Assembly (NCBI GenBank): GCA_963730935.1
Contig: CAVSTP010000002.1
Span: 96,001-160,000, forward strand
Direction of reading: 5' to 3'
DNA length: 64,000 bases
Source of the DNA: an uncultured Nitrospiraceae bacterium
GTDB lineage: Bacteria; Nitrospirota; Nitrospiria; Nitrospirales; Nitrospiraceae
Under the pieces are notes generated by a model. The model ran no database searches. It was not told the origin of the DNA and was given only the letters and a program-made list of their open reading frames with translations. This document shows positions 29,820 through 41,205 of this stretch, piece by piece; positions within the stretch are counted from its first letter, which is position 1; each line of letters begins with the position of its first letter. A program made the translations under genes and the position numbers.

Positions 29820-31012
29820 CAGTGATCCGACCCACCGCGTCCGCCTTTGGATGCACCGCCGTGCCGATCTCGCGAGATGCTGAGAAGCATCCCGACACCC
29901 ACGAAACTCACGACCAACGAGGAGCCGCCATAGCTGACAAAGGGCAGCGTCAATCCCTTGGTCGGCAACAAACCGGTGACCACCGCCGCGTTGACGAGCG
30001 CCTGGACGCCAATCAGGAGCGTAATGCCGAGGCCCAGATACTTTCCGAATGGCATCCGTGCGCGCGACGCAATCTGAAAACCCCGCCACACAAACAACGC
30101 AAAGAGCACGATCACGGAAGCTGTGCCCGCTAGGCCCAGTTCTTCTCCGACGAGCGCCAGAACGAAATCGGTGTGCGCTTCCGGCAGAAAGAACAACTTC
30201 TGTTTGCCTTCGCCCAAGCCGACTCCAAACGGGCCTCCGCTGCCGAACGCGAGAAATGACTGCGTGATCTGAAAACCGGCATCCGCAGCGTCCTTCCACG
30301 GGGCGAGAAACGTCATGAGCCGCTGGCGACGGTAACTGGACCCTAAGACCAGGATCAACACCACCGGAATCGCGCAGAGCCCCAGTCCAAGCAGATGAGT
30401 GATCCGCGCACCGCCCAAAAACAACAGAGAGACGGTCACCAAGCCCATCACGACGACGGTGCCGAGATCCGGCTCGAGCAACACGAGCCCACTGAGAACG
30501 CCGACGACGATCAACGCGGGGAGAAGCCCGCCGCGAAACAGTGTGATCTTGTCCGATTTCTTGGCCAGGTAGGCGGCGAGGTAGATGACGGCGACGAGCT
30601 TGACCATCTCGGCCGGTTGGATCGAGATGAGACCCCATCGTAACCATCGCCTTGCGCCCTTCGCCGCGACTCCTAGCGACGGGACCAAGACCATCACCAG
30701 CAGCACCGTCATCGCGATGAGAATCGGGATCGAAAGTTTTTTCCACAGCTGATAATCGATCCGCGAGGTGAGATGCATCAGCAGGACACCGAATCCCAGC
30801 CAGGCGATCTGTCGCTTCAGAAAAAACTCCGGGTCCTGAAATCGATTGCCGGCCACAATGGCGCTGGCACTGAAGACCATCACCAACCCCATTAAAGCCA
30901 GCGTCAGCGTCACGAACAGCAGTACGTGGTCCATCGCCACTCGGGAAACACCCGAGCGTTGCCCGCTCGTTGGCCAAGGCAACGACAACGTTCCTGCAGA
31001 TCGTGAGCCCAT
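29819..31012 (-). CDS. ftsW: Peptidoglycan polymerase FtsW
   Basis: GARRW, QPAE, EPDLGT, LPEAHTDF, LPFVSYGGSS. Confidence 0.96.
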   Translation of the reverse strand: MGSRSAGTLSLPWPTSGQRSGVSRVAMDHVLLFVTLTLALMGLVMVFSASAIVAGNRFQDPEFFLKRQIAWLGFGVLLMHLTSRIDYQLWKKLSIPILIAMTVLLVMVLVPSLGVAAKGARRWLRWGLISIQPAEMVKLVAVIYLAAYLAKKSDKITLFRGGLLPALIVVGVLSGLVLLEPDLGTVVVMGLVTVSLLFLGGARITHLLGLGLCAIPVVLILVLGSSYRRQRLMTFLAPWKDAADAGFQITQSFLAFGSGGPFGVGLGEGKQKLFFLPEAHTDFVLALVGEELGLAGTASVIVLFALFVWRGFQIASRARMPFGKYLGLGITLLIGVQALVNAAVVTGLLPTKGLTLPFVSYGGSSLVVSFVGVGMLLSISRDRHGGASKGGRGGSDH

Positions 31013-31042
31013 TGTTCAGAACCACCCCCCTGGGCAACGATG

Positions 31043-32458
31043 CTATTCCGGCAGCGCCTGCACCGCCGATTTGAATTGCCGTCCCCGGTCTTGATAGTCG
31101 CGAAACATGTCAAAACTCGCGCAGGCCGGCGACATCAACACGACGTCGCCGGCCGCTGCCTCGCGAGCTGCCCACTCCACTGCGTCCCGCAAGGACTTTG
31201 CTTCGCTCATCGTCGTCGCTCCCTCCCACGCCGACTTCAAAAGCGGCGCAGCTTCGCCGATCAAGATGGCATGCTTCACGCGACGCCGGACCATTTCGGT
31301 CAGGCGGGAAAAATCTCCGCCCTTGTCGCGCCCGCCGGCAATGAGCCAAATTGGACGATCGATCCCTTCCAAAGCCTTTAACGTCGCATCGACGTTCGTC
31401 CCCTTCGAATCATTCACGAAACGGACACCCCGCCGCTCTCTAACCAGTTCCAAGGCATGTTCGAGTCCAGGGAACGTGGTCACGACGCGGCGGATCATGT
31501 CTGGAGGACATCCCCAGAGCGCCGCATAGGTCGCCGCGGCCATGACATTCTCGACGTTATGATGGCCGAGAATCTTGAGATCGCTCTTGCGACAGATCTC
31601 CTGACGCCGACCGGTGACGGTCGTGACGATCTGATCGCCGTCGAGGAATGTTCCTCCGTCGAAACCGCGACCCACCTCCTGCCGCCTTGAAAAGCCAAGC
31701 CGCTTGGCGCGCACCGTGTTGGACAGCGTGGCCACACGAGGATCATCGAGATTGAAGAGGGCAAAGTCGTCGCCGGTCTGATTCTCAAAAATCCTGCGTT
31801 TTGCGGCTAGGTATTCGTCGATGGAGTCGTACCGGTCTTGATGATCCACCGTCACATTCAGAATGGCCGCCACCCAGGGATGAAAGCGCTCGATCGTTTC
31901 CAGCTGGAAACTGGAGACCTCGACCGCCAGGTAATCGTAGGGCTCCGGCTTTCCCTGCTTTTTCGCCTGCAATGCCGTCCAAGCGGCTTCGCTGAGCGCC
32001 GTCCCTAGATTGCCGCCGACGAATGCGCGTTTACCCTGCTCCGCCAGCATTTTTCCAATCAAGGTCACGGTGGTGCTTTTGCCGTTTGTGCCCGTCACCG
32101 CGAGAATGGGAGCGGAAAGAAACCGAGATGCCAGTTCGAGTTCACTAATCACCTTGATTCCGCGTTGACGTACACGCTCGAGCGCCGCCATGCGATAGGG
32201 AACACCCGGACTGATGACCACGAGGTCGGCGTGATCCAGTGAGCGTTCGTACTCTGCGCCAACGGAGACCTGAACCTGAGTGCGGTCGACACTCTTCAGA
32301 ACCGCCGTCAGTTCGTCCTCGCCTTTGCGGTCGGCCGCCGTCACACGAGCACCGGCCTCGTTCAACAACTGACACGCCGCTATTCCGCTTCGTGCCAACC
32401 CGAGCACCGTGACCTGGGCTCCAGACAAATCCACCTCTTCGACCTCCACCATCTCCAT
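31043..32458 (-). CDS. murD: UDP-MurNAc-L-Ala--D-glutamate ligase
   Basis: [41 protein letters not shown]. Confidence 0.96.
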   Translation of the reverse strand: MEMVEVEEVDLSGAQVTVLGLARSGIAACQLLNEAGARVTAADRKGEDELTAVLKSVDRTQVQVSVGAEYERSLDHADLVVISPGVPYRMAALERVRQRGIKVISELELASRFLSAPILAVTGTNGKSTTVTLIGKMLAEQGKRAFVGGNLGTALSEAAWTALQAKKQGKPEPYDYLAVEVSSFQLETIERFHPWVAAILNVTVDHQDRYDSIDEYLAAKRRIFENQTGDDFALFNLDDPRVATLSNTVRAKRLGFSRRQEVGRGFDGGTFLDGDQIVTTVTGRRQEICRKSDLKILGHHNVENVMAAATYAALWGCPPDMIRRVVTTFPGLEHALELVRERRGVRFVNDSKGTNVDATLKALEGIDRPIWLIAGGRDKGGDFSRLTEMVRRRVKHAILIGEAAPLLKSAWEGATTMSEAKSLRDAVEWAAREAAAGDVVLMSPACASFDMFRDYQDRGRQFKSAVQALPE

Positions 32459-33534
32459 CACCGCAACTTCAACGTGCTGAGACTCAAGAGGGCCAACAGA
32501 ATCGCGATAATCCAAAGACGCACGACGACCTTTGGCTCTTCCCAGCCCTTCATCTCAAAATGATGATGGATGGGTGCCATCAGAAAAATACGTTTCCCGC
32601 GCGACTTGAATGAGGCTACCTGAAAGATGACTGAAACCGCTTCGATCACGAACACTCCGCCGACCATCAGAAGCAGCAGTTCGTGCTTACTGATGACAGC
32701 CACCGTGCCGAGCGCTGCGCCTAGCGGCAGTGAACCGACGTCGCCCATGAACACCGACGCAGGATAGGTGTTGAACCATAGAAACCCCAGACTCGAGCCC
32801 AAGATGGCGGCCGTGAACACAGCAATCTCTCCGGCACCTTCGATGTGAGGGATGAGCAGGTAATCCGACATGATCCGGTGGCCAGCAACATAGGCCACAA
32901 TGGTGTAGGCAAGCGCGGCAATCATGATGGGTCCGATCGCCAGCCCATCGAGGCCATCCGTCAAATTGACCGCATTGGAACTGCCGACGATGACCAGAAC
33001 CACGAAGACCACATAAAACCATCCGAGGTCCGGCGTGAAATTCTTGAAAAACGGCACGTTCAGCTTGGTCGAATAGCTGGGAAGGAAATAGAGCGCGAGG
33101 GCGATCAACAGAGCGACGCCGATTTGCGCGGCGAACTTTTGCGTAGGAGACAATCCCTTCGACCGGGCCTTAATAAACTTCAGGTAGTCGTCAGCAAATC
33201 CGATTGCACCAAACCCGAGGGTGGCGATCAGGACCAGCCAGACGTACGGTTTTGTGATATCTGCCCACAACAGCGTCGAAAGCAAGACGGCAAAAATAAT
33301 GAGCAGTCCTCCCATCGTGGGCGTACCGCTCTTTGCGAGGTGATGCTTGGGGCCGTCGTCACGGATTTGCTGGCCAAGCTTGATCTCCTGCAACTTCCGG
33401 ATGAGCCATGGGGTCAGCACAAACGCGATGAGGAAGGCCGTAACGGCCGCATAGATAATGCGAAAACTCAAATACCGGAAGACGTTGAGAAATCCGTATT
33501 CGGTATGGAGCGGATACAACCAGTTGTACAGCAT
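32458..33534 (-). CDS. mraY: Phospho-N-acetylmuramoyl-pentapeptide transferase
   Basis: [34 protein letters not shown]. Confidence 0.97.
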   Translation of the reverse strand: MLYNWLYPLHTEYGFLNVFRYLSFRIIYAAVTAFLIAFVLTPWLIRKLQEIKLGQQIRDDGPKHHLAKSGTPTMGGLLIIFAVLLSTLLWADITKPYVWLVLIATLGFGAIGFADDYLKFIKARSKGLSPTQKFAAQIGVALLIALALYFLPSYSTKLNVPFFKNFTPDLGWFYVVFVVLVIVGSSNAVNLTDGLDGLAIGPIMIAALAYTIVAYVAGHRIMSDYLLIPHIEGAGEIAVFTAAILGSSLGFLWFNTYPASVFMGDVGSLPLGAALGTVAVISKHELLLLMVGGVFVIEAVSVIFQVASFKSRGKRIFLMAPIHHHFEMKGWEEPKVVVRLWIIAILLALLSLSTLKLR

Positions 33535-33565
33535 GCTCGACCTACGCCCTACATCCGCGCCGACG

Positions 33566-35014
33566 TTATGACGCCTGCTTCGTGACGGCTTTCATGCCGG
33601 TCAAACCTTGCACAATCTGTTCCATGCGCATGCCACGCGAGGCCTTCACGAGAACCACATCTCCACGGTGAACAGACTTCTTGAGAAGCTCAGCTGCCGA
33701 AGTTGCGTCCGCTACCTCCACGATGACCGACTGCGACATTCCCTCCTGCCTCGCACCAACAGCAATCTCCTTTCCTAACTGCCCACACACGATCAACCGA
33801 GAGAGTTGGAGCCCCGCAGCAAACCGTCCAACATCGCGATGCATTTGTTGGGCCTCACGCCCGAGCTCCAACATGTCTCCCAACACCGCGACCCGTTCAC
33901 GAGCCGGAGTCCACTCGCCGAGGAGTTGCAGGGCGGCCTTCATAGAAGCCGGGTTGGCGTTGTAACAGTCGTTGATGATCTGCACGCCATGATGAGTCAC
34001 CACTTGTGATCGCATGACGGCGGGGCGGAACTTGGCGAGGCCCTGCGCGATCATCACACCCGGCAGATTCAAGGAGAACCCCACGGCTGCTGCGGCCAGC
34101 GCATTGATTACATTGTGCGTGCCGGGCACTTTGATGACGACGGACGTGGGGCGGCTCTTCCCGGGAAGCAGCAGCCCGAACCTGGTGCCTTTTCGGGCAT
34201 CGGAGGCGACGTGAATTGCGCGGACGTGCGCCCGTTCGAACAAACCAAACGAGACGACACGGCAGCGGGCCCGCGCAGCCAGATAGTCGAAATAGGGGTC
34301 GTCCGCATTCAAGACTGCCGTGCCGTCCGGCGGCAGCATGTCGAGCAGTTCCGCCTTCGCCTGCGCGGATCCTTCCATGCCGCCGAAGAATTCCAAATGA
34401 TCCGGCCCGATGTTGGTGATGAGACCGATGGTGGGACGGACGATTTCGCAAAGGCGCGTCGTCTGCCCACGATGGTCCACGCCCATTTCAATCACAGCCG
34501 CTTGATGTCTGGCTGTGAGCCGAAACAGCGTGTGGGGCACCCCGATACGGTTGTTGTAGTTGCCTTCGGTCTTCAATGTCCGCCAACGTTGGGCCAGAAC
34601 GCTGCCGACCATATCCTTTGTCGTCGTCTTGCCGTTGCTCCCCGTGACGGCGACAACTGGAATTGCGAACCGACTTCGATGATGTGTCGCAAGCTGCTGA
34701 TAAGCGAAGAGCGGATCCTGCACGCCGAACAGAAACGGTTCCTGGCGGTTCCCTATGGGTTTTGCGCCTTTCCCTTCCCACCGATAGCCGTCGTCCACGA
34801 TGGCACCGGCCGCCCCCTTGGACAGCACCACCGGAACGAACTGATGCCCATCGAACCGCTCGCCCCGCAGCGCCACGAACAGATCGCCACGACGGACAGA
34901 CCGAGAATCCGTGCTGATGCCGCGAATCCGCCGCTTGGCGGTAGGCGAGGAGTCGCCCGCCAGCACCTTGACGCTGATGACTTCGCGCAGCTCAGCTATC
35001 GTAAAGAGCGCCAT
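33566..35014 (-). CDS. murF: UDP-MurNAc-tripeptide--D-Ala-D-Ala ligase (start could be 35014-35065)
   Basis: TDSR, GSNGKTTTK, NNRIGVP, DCYNANPASM, GDMLELG, KASRG. Confidence 0.96.
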   Translation of the reverse strand: MALFTIAELREVISVKVLAGDSSPTAKRRIRGISTDSRSVRRGDLFVALRGERFDGHQFVPVVLSKGAAGAIVDDGYRWEGKGAKPIGNRQEPFLFGVQDPLFAYQQLATHHRSRFAIPVVAVTGSNGKTTTKDMVGSVLAQRWRTLKTEGNYNNRIGVPHTLFRLTARHQAAVIEMGVDHRGQTTRLCEIVRPTIGLITNIGPDHLEFFGGMEGSAQAKAELLDMLPPDGTAVLNADDPYFDYLAARARCRVVSFGLFERAHVRAIHVASDARKGTRFGLLLPGKSRPTSVVIKVPGTHNVINALAAAAVGFSLNLPGVMIAQGLAKFRPAVMRSQVVTHHGVQIINDCYNANPASMKAALQLLGEWTPARERVAVLGDMLELGREAQQMHRDVGRFAAGLQLSRLIVCGQLGKEIAVGARQEGMSQSVIVEVADATSAAELLKKSVHRGDVVLVKASRGMRMEQIVQGLTGMKAVTKQAS

Positions 35015-35055
35015 CTCTTCGTCGCCTCGCTCGGATTTCCCATCCGGGTGCACAG

Positions 35056-36576
35056 TCACGCGCAATTCCTCATCTGCTGAATCGCCTCTCGCGCGACTTC
35101 TCGATCGTCGAAATGCACTTTCTTCGTCCCAAGGATCTGGTAGTCCTCATGCCCTTTCCCTGCGATAAGGACGATGTCCCCAGCCCGGGCCAGACGCACC
35201 GCCGCCATAATGGCTTCCCTGCGGTCCGCGATGAGATGGTATTCGACGTGAGACCGGGCTTGGAGCGCCTCGCGTACGCCGGTTTCGACTTCACGGAGAA
35301 TGGCCAGCGGATCTTCCGTTCGCGGGTTGTCGGATGTCAGGACTACCACATCACTGTGCTCGACGGCGGCCCGGCCCATCTTCGGGCGCTTGCCTCGGTC
35401 GCGATCGCCGCCGCAGCCGAAAACCGTGATAATCCGGTGTGTCTTCAACGCTTGGGCAGCGGTCAGCAAGCGTACGAGGGCGTCTTCGGTATGGGCATAA
35501 TCCACAACGACCGTAAAATCTTGCCCGGCCGATACCCGCTCAAAGCGACCCGGCACGTTGGTTAAGGCTGCCACCGCTTTTCGCACCTGATCGCAGGTCG
35601 CTCCGGCGTGCAGCGCCACACCGATTGCCCCAAGCAGGTTATAGACGTTGTGTTCGCCGACGAGTCGGCTCTCGACGGTAAAGTTACCGACCGGCGTCAC
35701 AGCAGTGAAGGTGGTGCCGTTCATCGAAAGTCGCACGTGTTCCGCCTGCAGATCGGCCCGGCCTTTTACCGCGAAACCCCACACCGGCACGCGACAGGCC
35801 GCACGCACTTGTGCACCTCGAGGATCATCCATATTGATGATGGCGCGTTGACCGGTTTTCTTTCCCTGTCCCAGCGTCGTAAACAACCGTAACTTCGCAT
35901 TGAAGTACTCTTCCATCGTCTGATGGAAGTCGAGGTGATCCTGCGTCAGATTGGTGAAGACCGCGACGTCATACTCACATCCGGCCGTCCGGTCCATGGC
36001 CAACGCATGAGAGGACACTTCCATGACGACACTGTCCATGTGTGAGTGACACATCTTTGCCAGCAGACCTTGCAATTCGAGCGCACCGGGGGTTGTGTGA
36101 GAAGCCGGAATGGTCTCGGCGCCAATCTGATAGGCCACTGTTCCGATGAGCCCGACCTGACGGCCGATGCCTTCCAGCAGCGCCTTACAGAGATAGGTGG
36201 TCGTCGTCTTCCCATTGGTTCCAGTCACGCCAATCATCGTCAATCGCACCGATGGATCGCCGTAGAATCGTCCGCCAATGAGTCCAAGCGCTTTGCGTGA
36301 ATCCACCACCTTCACAAAGGGGAGCGATTCATGCTCAAGGGATTCCTGCCCAACGATCGCGGCCGCTCCCGCTTCAATCGCTTGACCCACGTATCGGTGA
36401 CCGTCAACGCGTTCACCCTTGACGGCGATGAAGAGACTACCTGATGCGACCGCTCGCGAATCATCGGTCACTGAAGTCACCAGCCGGTCCAACGCTCCAT
36501 GCCGTTCGACAATCGCGACCTGGCCGTTGAGTGCTGCCAGCAACTGCGTGACCGTCATCGATCGAGTATCCATCAT
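35056..36576 (-). CDS. murE: UDP-MurNAc-dipeptide--meso-DAP ligase
   Basis: GTNGKTTT, EVSSH, DYAHT, DNPR (meso-DAP specificity motif), GKGHEDYQ. Confidence 0.97.
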   Translation of the reverse strand: MMDTRSMTVTQLLAALNGQVAIVERHGALDRLVTSVTDDSRAVASGSLFIAVKGERVDGHRYVGQAIEAGAAAIVGQESLEHESLPFVKVVDSRKALGLIGGRFYGDPSVRLTMIGVTGTNGKTTTTYLCKALLEGIGRQVGLIGTVAYQIGAETIPASHTTPGALELQGLLAKMCHSHMDSVVMEVSSHALAMDRTAGCEYDVAVFTNLTQDHLDFHQTMEEYFNAKLRLFTTLGQGKKTGQRAIINMDDPRGAQVRAACRVPVWGFAVKGRADLQAEHVRLSMNGTTFTAVTPVGNFTVESRLVGEHNVYNLLGAIGVALHAGATCDQVRKAVAALTNVPGRFERVSAGQDFTVVVDYAHTEDALVRLLTAAQALKTHRIITVFGCGGDRDRGKRPKMGRAAVEHSDVVVLTSDNPRTEDPLAILREVETGVREALQARSHVEYHLIADRREAIMAAVRLARAGDIVLIAGKGHEDYQILGTKKVHFDDREVAREAIQQMRNCA

Positions 36577-36584
36577 GGATCCGA

Positions 36585-38291
36585 CTATCGCGCCGCCATG
36601 GCGATCTTCACTTGATCATCCCGAGGCACGCCCAAATACGTCAGCACCTGCTCACCGACTCGCCGGAAGACAGGCGCCGCCACGACGCCACCCCAGGACT
36701 CGCCCTGAGGTTCATCGACGACCACGATGATCGCGAGACGTGGAGCATCTGCCGGCACGAAACCGACGAACGAACCTATGGACAATGCCGAGGAGTAGGT
36801 CCCGGTACGCGGATCGACTTTTTGGGCCGTCCCGGTCTTCCCCGCAACGCGAAACCCGGGGATGGCCGCTTTCGTTCCTGTTCCGCTGGTGACCACGCCT
36901 TCCATGATGGTGGTGAGCGTGCGTGCCGTCGCTGGGGACACCACACGACGCTTGACCTGCGGAAGAATCTCCTTCACGCGCTGGCCCTTCTGATCTCTCA
37001 CCTCGGCGACGACATAGGGCTTCATGAGAACACCGTCATTGGCAATGGCTGAAACCGCCGTGATCATCTGCAACGGCGTAACTCCCACTTCCTGACCCAT
37101 CGAAATCGACGCCAGAGAGCGCCGGCCCCACTCACGCGGAGATTTGAGCAATCCTGAGACTTCTCCCGGAAGGTCGATGTCGGTCCGTTGGCCGAACCCA
37201 AAAGCCTGAAGATACCGGTAGAGCCGTTGATCTCCGACCAACATGCCGGTTTTGGCTGCACCGATATTGCTCGACTTTTGAATCATCTGAGCAAACGTCA
37301 TCCATCCGAGCTTTTCATGGTCATGAATGGTCGTGTTCGCAATCGTCATCCGGCCGTTTTCTCCGAACAGCATGGAGCCCGGCATCATCACCCGTTCCTC
37401 CAGCGCGGCAGCCGCCACCACCACCTTCATGGTTGAGCCAGGCTCGTACGTGTCGGTCAGGGCCCTATTTCGCCAGCGGTCTGCCGTCAATGAGGCAACG
37501 GTATTCGGGTCGAACCGCGGGCTTACCGCCATGGCAAGAATGGCACCGGTCCTGGGTTCCATTACGATGATGGTCCCAGATTTTGCGCGAGCATGATCAA
37601 CGGCTTCCTCAAGTTCCTTTTCGGCGATGTACTGGATCACCTCGTCGATGGTCAGAGTGAGCGCCTCCCCTGTAGTAGGAACTTGTTCACGGAGGCCTTT
37701 AGGGAATACCGTTCGACCGAGCGCGTCGCGCTGAAGAATTGTCAGTCGTTTTTCTCCGTGCAGCTGGGATTCATACCGACGCTCTAATCCCTCAAGTCCC
37801 ACCCCGTCCATGCCGACAAATCCAAGGACATGGGCAAGCAGGGGGCCTTTCGGATAGAATCTTCGGCCCTCCATCACCATACCGATGCCGTCAATCGACA
37901 ATTGCTCGAGCCGACGCCCCTGCTCCGGCTCGACCTTCCGCGCCAGCCACACGAAATGCTTGTCCTGACGCAGCTTCTTTTCAATTTCTTCGCGGCGGAT
38001 ATGCAGCACGGGCGAAAGGGATCTTGCGGCATTCGCAGGACTATCGAGGGAAGTTGGGACGCCGAAGATCGAGGGGACTTCGACGTTCATCGCCAGCACC
38101 TTCCCGTGACGGTCGGTGACCGCTCCTCTGGCGCCTTCCAGCGTCACAGTCTTTTGATGCTGCCGATCCGCTCGAGCCGTGAGCTCAGCCGCTTGCAATA
38201 CCTGGAGGTTGACCAGCCGAAACAAGATGACGCCAAAACCGGCGAGGAGAAGATGCAGCAAAATGTATCGCCGGCCCCGCGAAGGACCCAT
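36585..38291 (-). CDS. ftsI: Class B penicillin-binding protein FtsI (PBP3)
   Basis: EPGSTMK (SxxK), SSN, KTGT; TM anchor. Confidence 0.93.
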   Translation of the reverse strand: MGPSRGRRYILLHLLLAGFGVILFRLVNLQVLQAAELTARADRQHQKTVTLEGARGAVTDRHGKVLAMNVEVPSIFGVPTSLDSPANAARSLSPVLHIRREEIEKKLRQDKHFVWLARKVEPEQGRRLEQLSIDGIGMVMEGRRFYPKGPLLAHVLGFVGMDGVGLEGLERRYESQLHGEKRLTILQRDALGRTVFPKGLREQVPTTGEALTLTIDEVIQYIAEKELEEAVDHARAKSGTIIVMEPRTGAILAMAVSPRFDPNTVASLTADRWRNRALTDTYEPGSTMKVVVAAAALEERVMMPGSMLFGENGRMTIANTTIHDHEKLGWMTFAQMIQKSSNIGAAKTGMLVGDQRLYRYLQAFGFGQRTDIDLPGEVSGLLKSPREWGRRSLASISMGQEVGVTPLQMITAVSAIANDGVLMKPYVVAEVRDQKGQRVKEILPQVKRRVVSPATARTLTTIMEGVVTSGTGTKAAIPGFRVAGKTGTAQKVDPRTGTYSSALSIGSFVGFVPADAPRLAIIVVVDEPQGESWGGVVAAPVFRRVGEQVLTYLGVPRDDQVKIAMAAR

Positions 38292-38293
38292 GA

Positions 38294-38629
38294 CTATTTC
38301 GCACCTCCTGCAGGCGGCATCGTGCGAGCAATTCGCAATTGCTCCACGGGCGGCGTCGCCAGGAGCGGTCTGTCGGGCTGTGGATGGACGATGAAGACTT
38401 GGCCTTGCTGCGGCGGAATCAGCCCCAATTTGTCTGTCGCCACCCTGGCAATTCGTTCAGGAGCCGTCAGCGCGGAAACCTTGACTTGCAGCTGATCACG
38501 TTCCCGTTCGAGGAGCGTCTTTTGTGTTTTCAAGCGCTCGATGGAGTACCCCAGCCGCACCATATCGACCCTCTCCCAGACGAAGACAAACACAAGGCAC
38601 ATGCCCGCCACGATGGCGACCGCTTTCAT
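38294..38629 (-). CDS. ftsL: Cell division protein FtsL
   Basis: TM helix, leucine-zipper coiled coil, ERIAR.A...LG; located between rsmH and ftsI. Confidence 0.85.
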   Translation of the reverse strand: MKAVAIVAGMCLVFVFVWERVDMVRLGYSIERLKTQKTLLERERDQLQVKVSALTAPERIARVATDKLGLIPPQQGQVFIVHPQPDRPLLATPPVEQLRIARTMPPAGGAK

Positions 38630-39585
38630 GCGCGTCCCTCCTTGAAGATCCGTTGCATGACTCTCAGCTTGGCGCTTCGAGATCTCGGGTTGCGATCTCT
38701 TTCCTCTTCGGACGGCACCTGCGGTCGCTTCGTTAGAATTTCCAGCTCACCGCCGCTTTCACTCGAAAGCCCTTTGAAAGTCTGCTTCACGATGCGATCC
38801 TCGAGGGAATGGAAGGAGATCACACACAACCGCCCTCCCGGCGCCAATGCATCGGCCGCATCGCGGAGCGACGTCTCCAAGTGATCCAATTCTTGATTGA
38901 CGGCGATCCGGAGCGCCTGAAATGTTCTCGTCGCGGCATGAATGCGGCCCCGTCGATAATGACCGGGGACCGCAGACTCAATCACGGATACCAACTGACG
39001 CGTGGTGGTCAAGGTCTGGCGGTGGCGGGCGCTCACGATGGCCCGGGCAATGCGACGGGAATACCGTTCTTCCCCCAAGCGGTAAATCATGTCGGCTAGG
39101 TCGGTCTCGTCGAGCTCATTTACGATATCAGCCGCCGTCCGACCACTGCTCTGGTCCATTCGCATGTCGAGCGGTCCCTCCGACCGAAAACTGAAGCCGC
39201 GGGATGGTTCGTCGAACTGAGGCGACGACACGCCAAGGTCGAACAACATGCCGTGCACATGGGGAATGCCTCGTTCCGCCAAAATCTGCTTCAATTCCAT
39301 GAAATGCGCCTTGACCAGAATCGCTCGGTCTCCGAAGCTCTGTAGTTCCTTTCGGCCGGCATTGAGAGCTTGGACATCTCGATCGATACCAAGAACAATC
39401 CCGTGGGGTTGGCTGGCTCGAAGAACATCCTTGGCATGCCCACAATATCCCACTGTGCAATCCACGTAGATGCCACCGGAGTGCGGCTGCAGCCAGGACA
39501 GCACCTCCGAAGGCATAACGGGCAAGTGGGCAGGACTATTACTGTTCTTATTGAACCCAGTTTCACCCACAATCTCCCACGCCAC
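38626..39585 (-). CDS. rsmH: 16S rRNA m4C1402 methyltransferase (start uncertain)
   Basis: HLPVM, DCTVG, DLGVSSPQ, GPLDMRM, FQALRIAVN, FHSLEDR, NPRSRSAKLR. Confidence 0.96.
   Translation of the reverse strand: MAWEIVGETGFNKNSNSPAHLPVMPSEVLSWLQPHSGGIYVDCTVGYCGHAKDVLRASQPHGIVLGIDRDVQALNAGRKELQSFGDRAILVKAHFMELKQILAERGIPHVHGMLFDLGVSSPQFDEPSRGFSFRSEGPLDMRMDQSSGRTAADIVNELDETDLADMIYRLGEERYSRRIARAIVSARHRQTLTTTRQLVSVIESAVPGHYRRGRIHAATRTFQALRIAVNQELDHLETSLRDAADALAPGGRLCVISFHSLEDRIVKQTFKGLSSESGGELEILTKRPQVPSEEERDRNPRSRSAKLRVMQRIFKEGRA
39556..39580 (-). promoter_or_regulatory. MraZ-type direct-repeat boxes GTGGG-N5-GTGGG-N5-CTGGG
   Basis: Three TGGG repeats with 10-bp periodicity immediately downstream of the dcw promoter. 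Confidence 0.65.
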
Positions 39586-39590
39586 GGCGG

Positions 39591-39618
39591 AGTATACTCC
39601 TCAGCAAGACATTGTCAA
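39591..39618 (-). promoter_or_regulatory. Sigma70 promoter of the dcw operon (TTGACA-N16-TATACT)
   Basis: Near-consensus -35 and -10 elements on the minus strand. Confidence 0.7.
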
Positions 39619-39785
39619 TAAAAAATTCGAGGACTTACAAGTTTTTTTGAGCAGTAGAAAATGCCGCATTTGTGGCGGCAGAAATGAGGCTGGCAATGAG
39701 GGATTCGAGCAGCGCGGTAAGCGCCTCCCCACCCTAACCAGATTTTTGATGGACCCGATGGATAGCGGAATGGAGGCTTCGGAGG

Positions 39786-41081
39786 TCAGGGATATAGCTT
39801 ATACAGCATGCGAGGGAATGGAATCGTCTCCCGGACGTGCTCGAGTCCGCAAATCCAGGCTACGGCACGTTCAATACCCATCCCGAAGCCGGCATGTGGA
39901 ACCGATCCAAACTGGCGAAGATCCAGATACCACTTAAAGGCATCTTCTGGAAGGTGGTGTTCCTTTAAACGCCTGCGTAACAACTCCGCATCGTGAATGC
40001 GCTGCCCTCCGCCGATGATCTCTCCGTACCCTTCAGGTGCTAATACGTCCATGCACAGTGCGAGATCCGGACGCGCCTCGTCCGGCTGCATGTAAAACGC
40101 CTTGAGCGCAGTCGGATAACGATGGATGATGACTGGCCGATCGAATTGTTGCGAGATAATGGTTTCTTCATCGCCTCCGAAGTCATCTCCAAGCTGCGTG
40201 GGATTATTTTTTTGCTGCAATAGTCGGATCGCCTCTTCATAGGTCAGCCGGGGAAACGGCGGCTTCACAACTTCCAGCTTTGCAATATCGCGCTCGAGCA
40301 CAGCCAGTTCTTGTTTTCTCGTTTCGAGGACTCGCTGTACGATGGAGGTCAAAAATTGCTCCGCGAGCTCCATCATGTCCGCCAGCTGTGCGAACGCGAC
40401 TTCGGGCTCGACCATCCAGAATTCCATTAGATGCCGGCGCGTCTTCGATTTTTCAGCACGAAATGTCGGACCGAAACAATACACTTTGCCGAATGCGGCG
40501 GCGGTGGCCTCGCTATAGAGCTGGCCGCTTTGGGTCAAATAGGCCGTTTCGTCAAAGTACTGCGTCTGAAAGAGCGTCGTGGTGCCTTCACATGCGTTCG
40601 GCGTAAAGATCGGCGCATCGACGAGAATGAATCCCCGCTCGTCAAAGAAGTTCCGTGAGGCCCGGATAATCTCGTGCCGAATGCGCAGGATGGCGTGCTG
40701 CCGGTGCGAGCGTAGCCACAGATGCCGGTGCTCCATCAAGAAGCCGATACCATGTTCTTTGGGCTGGATCGGGAACGGCTGCGCAACCTGCAACGCTTCG
40801 ATGCGTGTGACGTCCAGTTCATAGCCCCCCGGCGCACGATGGTCTTGTCGAAGCTGTCCGGTAACGACCAACGATGATTCCTGAGTCAGACCGGCTGAGA
40901 CCGCAAACTGGTCGTCTCCGACGGCTTTCTTGCTCACGATCGCCTGCAGATCGCCGGTGCCATCTCGAATGGTCAAAAAATGAAGTTTCCCGCTATCGCG
41001 GCGGCTCCGCAGCCATCCACGAATGGTCACTTCCTGTCCCACATGCTGTCCAACCGCATCAATCATAATGATGACCGGCAT
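39786..41081 (-). CDS. asnS: Asparagine--tRNA ligase
   Basis: OB fold (GWL...RDGTG), [39 protein letters not shown]. Confidence 0.93.
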   Translation of the reverse strand: MPVIIMIDAVGQHVGQEVTIRGWLRSRRDSGKLHFLTIRDGTGDLQAIVSKKAVGDDQFAVSAGLTQESSLVVTGQLRQDHRAPGGYELDVTRIEALQVAQPFPIQPKEHGIGFLMEHRHLWLRSHRQHAILRIRHEIIRASRNFFDERGFILVDAPIFTPNACEGTTTLFQTQYFDETAYLTQSGQLYSEATAAAFGKVYCFGPTFRAEKSKTRRHLMEFWMVEPEVAFAQLADMMELAEQFLTSIVQRVLETRKQELAVLERDIAKLEVVKPPFPRLTYEEAIRLLQQKNNPTQLGDDFGGDEETIISQQFDRPVIIHRYPTALKAFYMQPDEARPDLALCMDVLAPEGYGEIIGGGQRIHDAELLRRRLKEHHLPEDAFKWYLDLRQFGSVPHAGFGMGIERAVAWICGLEHVRETIPFPRMLYKLYP

Positions 41082-41205
41082 CCGGACGTCCTCCTGCAAC
41101 AGTCAGATCGTCAAAATGGCAGCCTAGCGGATTGCCCCTCTGCATTCAAGAACACGAAGTTCCAGGTTTGTTGACAAGGGGCCTCAGTGAGATAAGAATC
41201 AAGCT

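Noticed and set aside
28695..31037. 780-aa ORF suggesting an extended or fused MurG
   Set aside because: The first ~406 codons are an alternative frame over ftsW; MurG homology starts at ATG 29819, coupled to the ftsW stop
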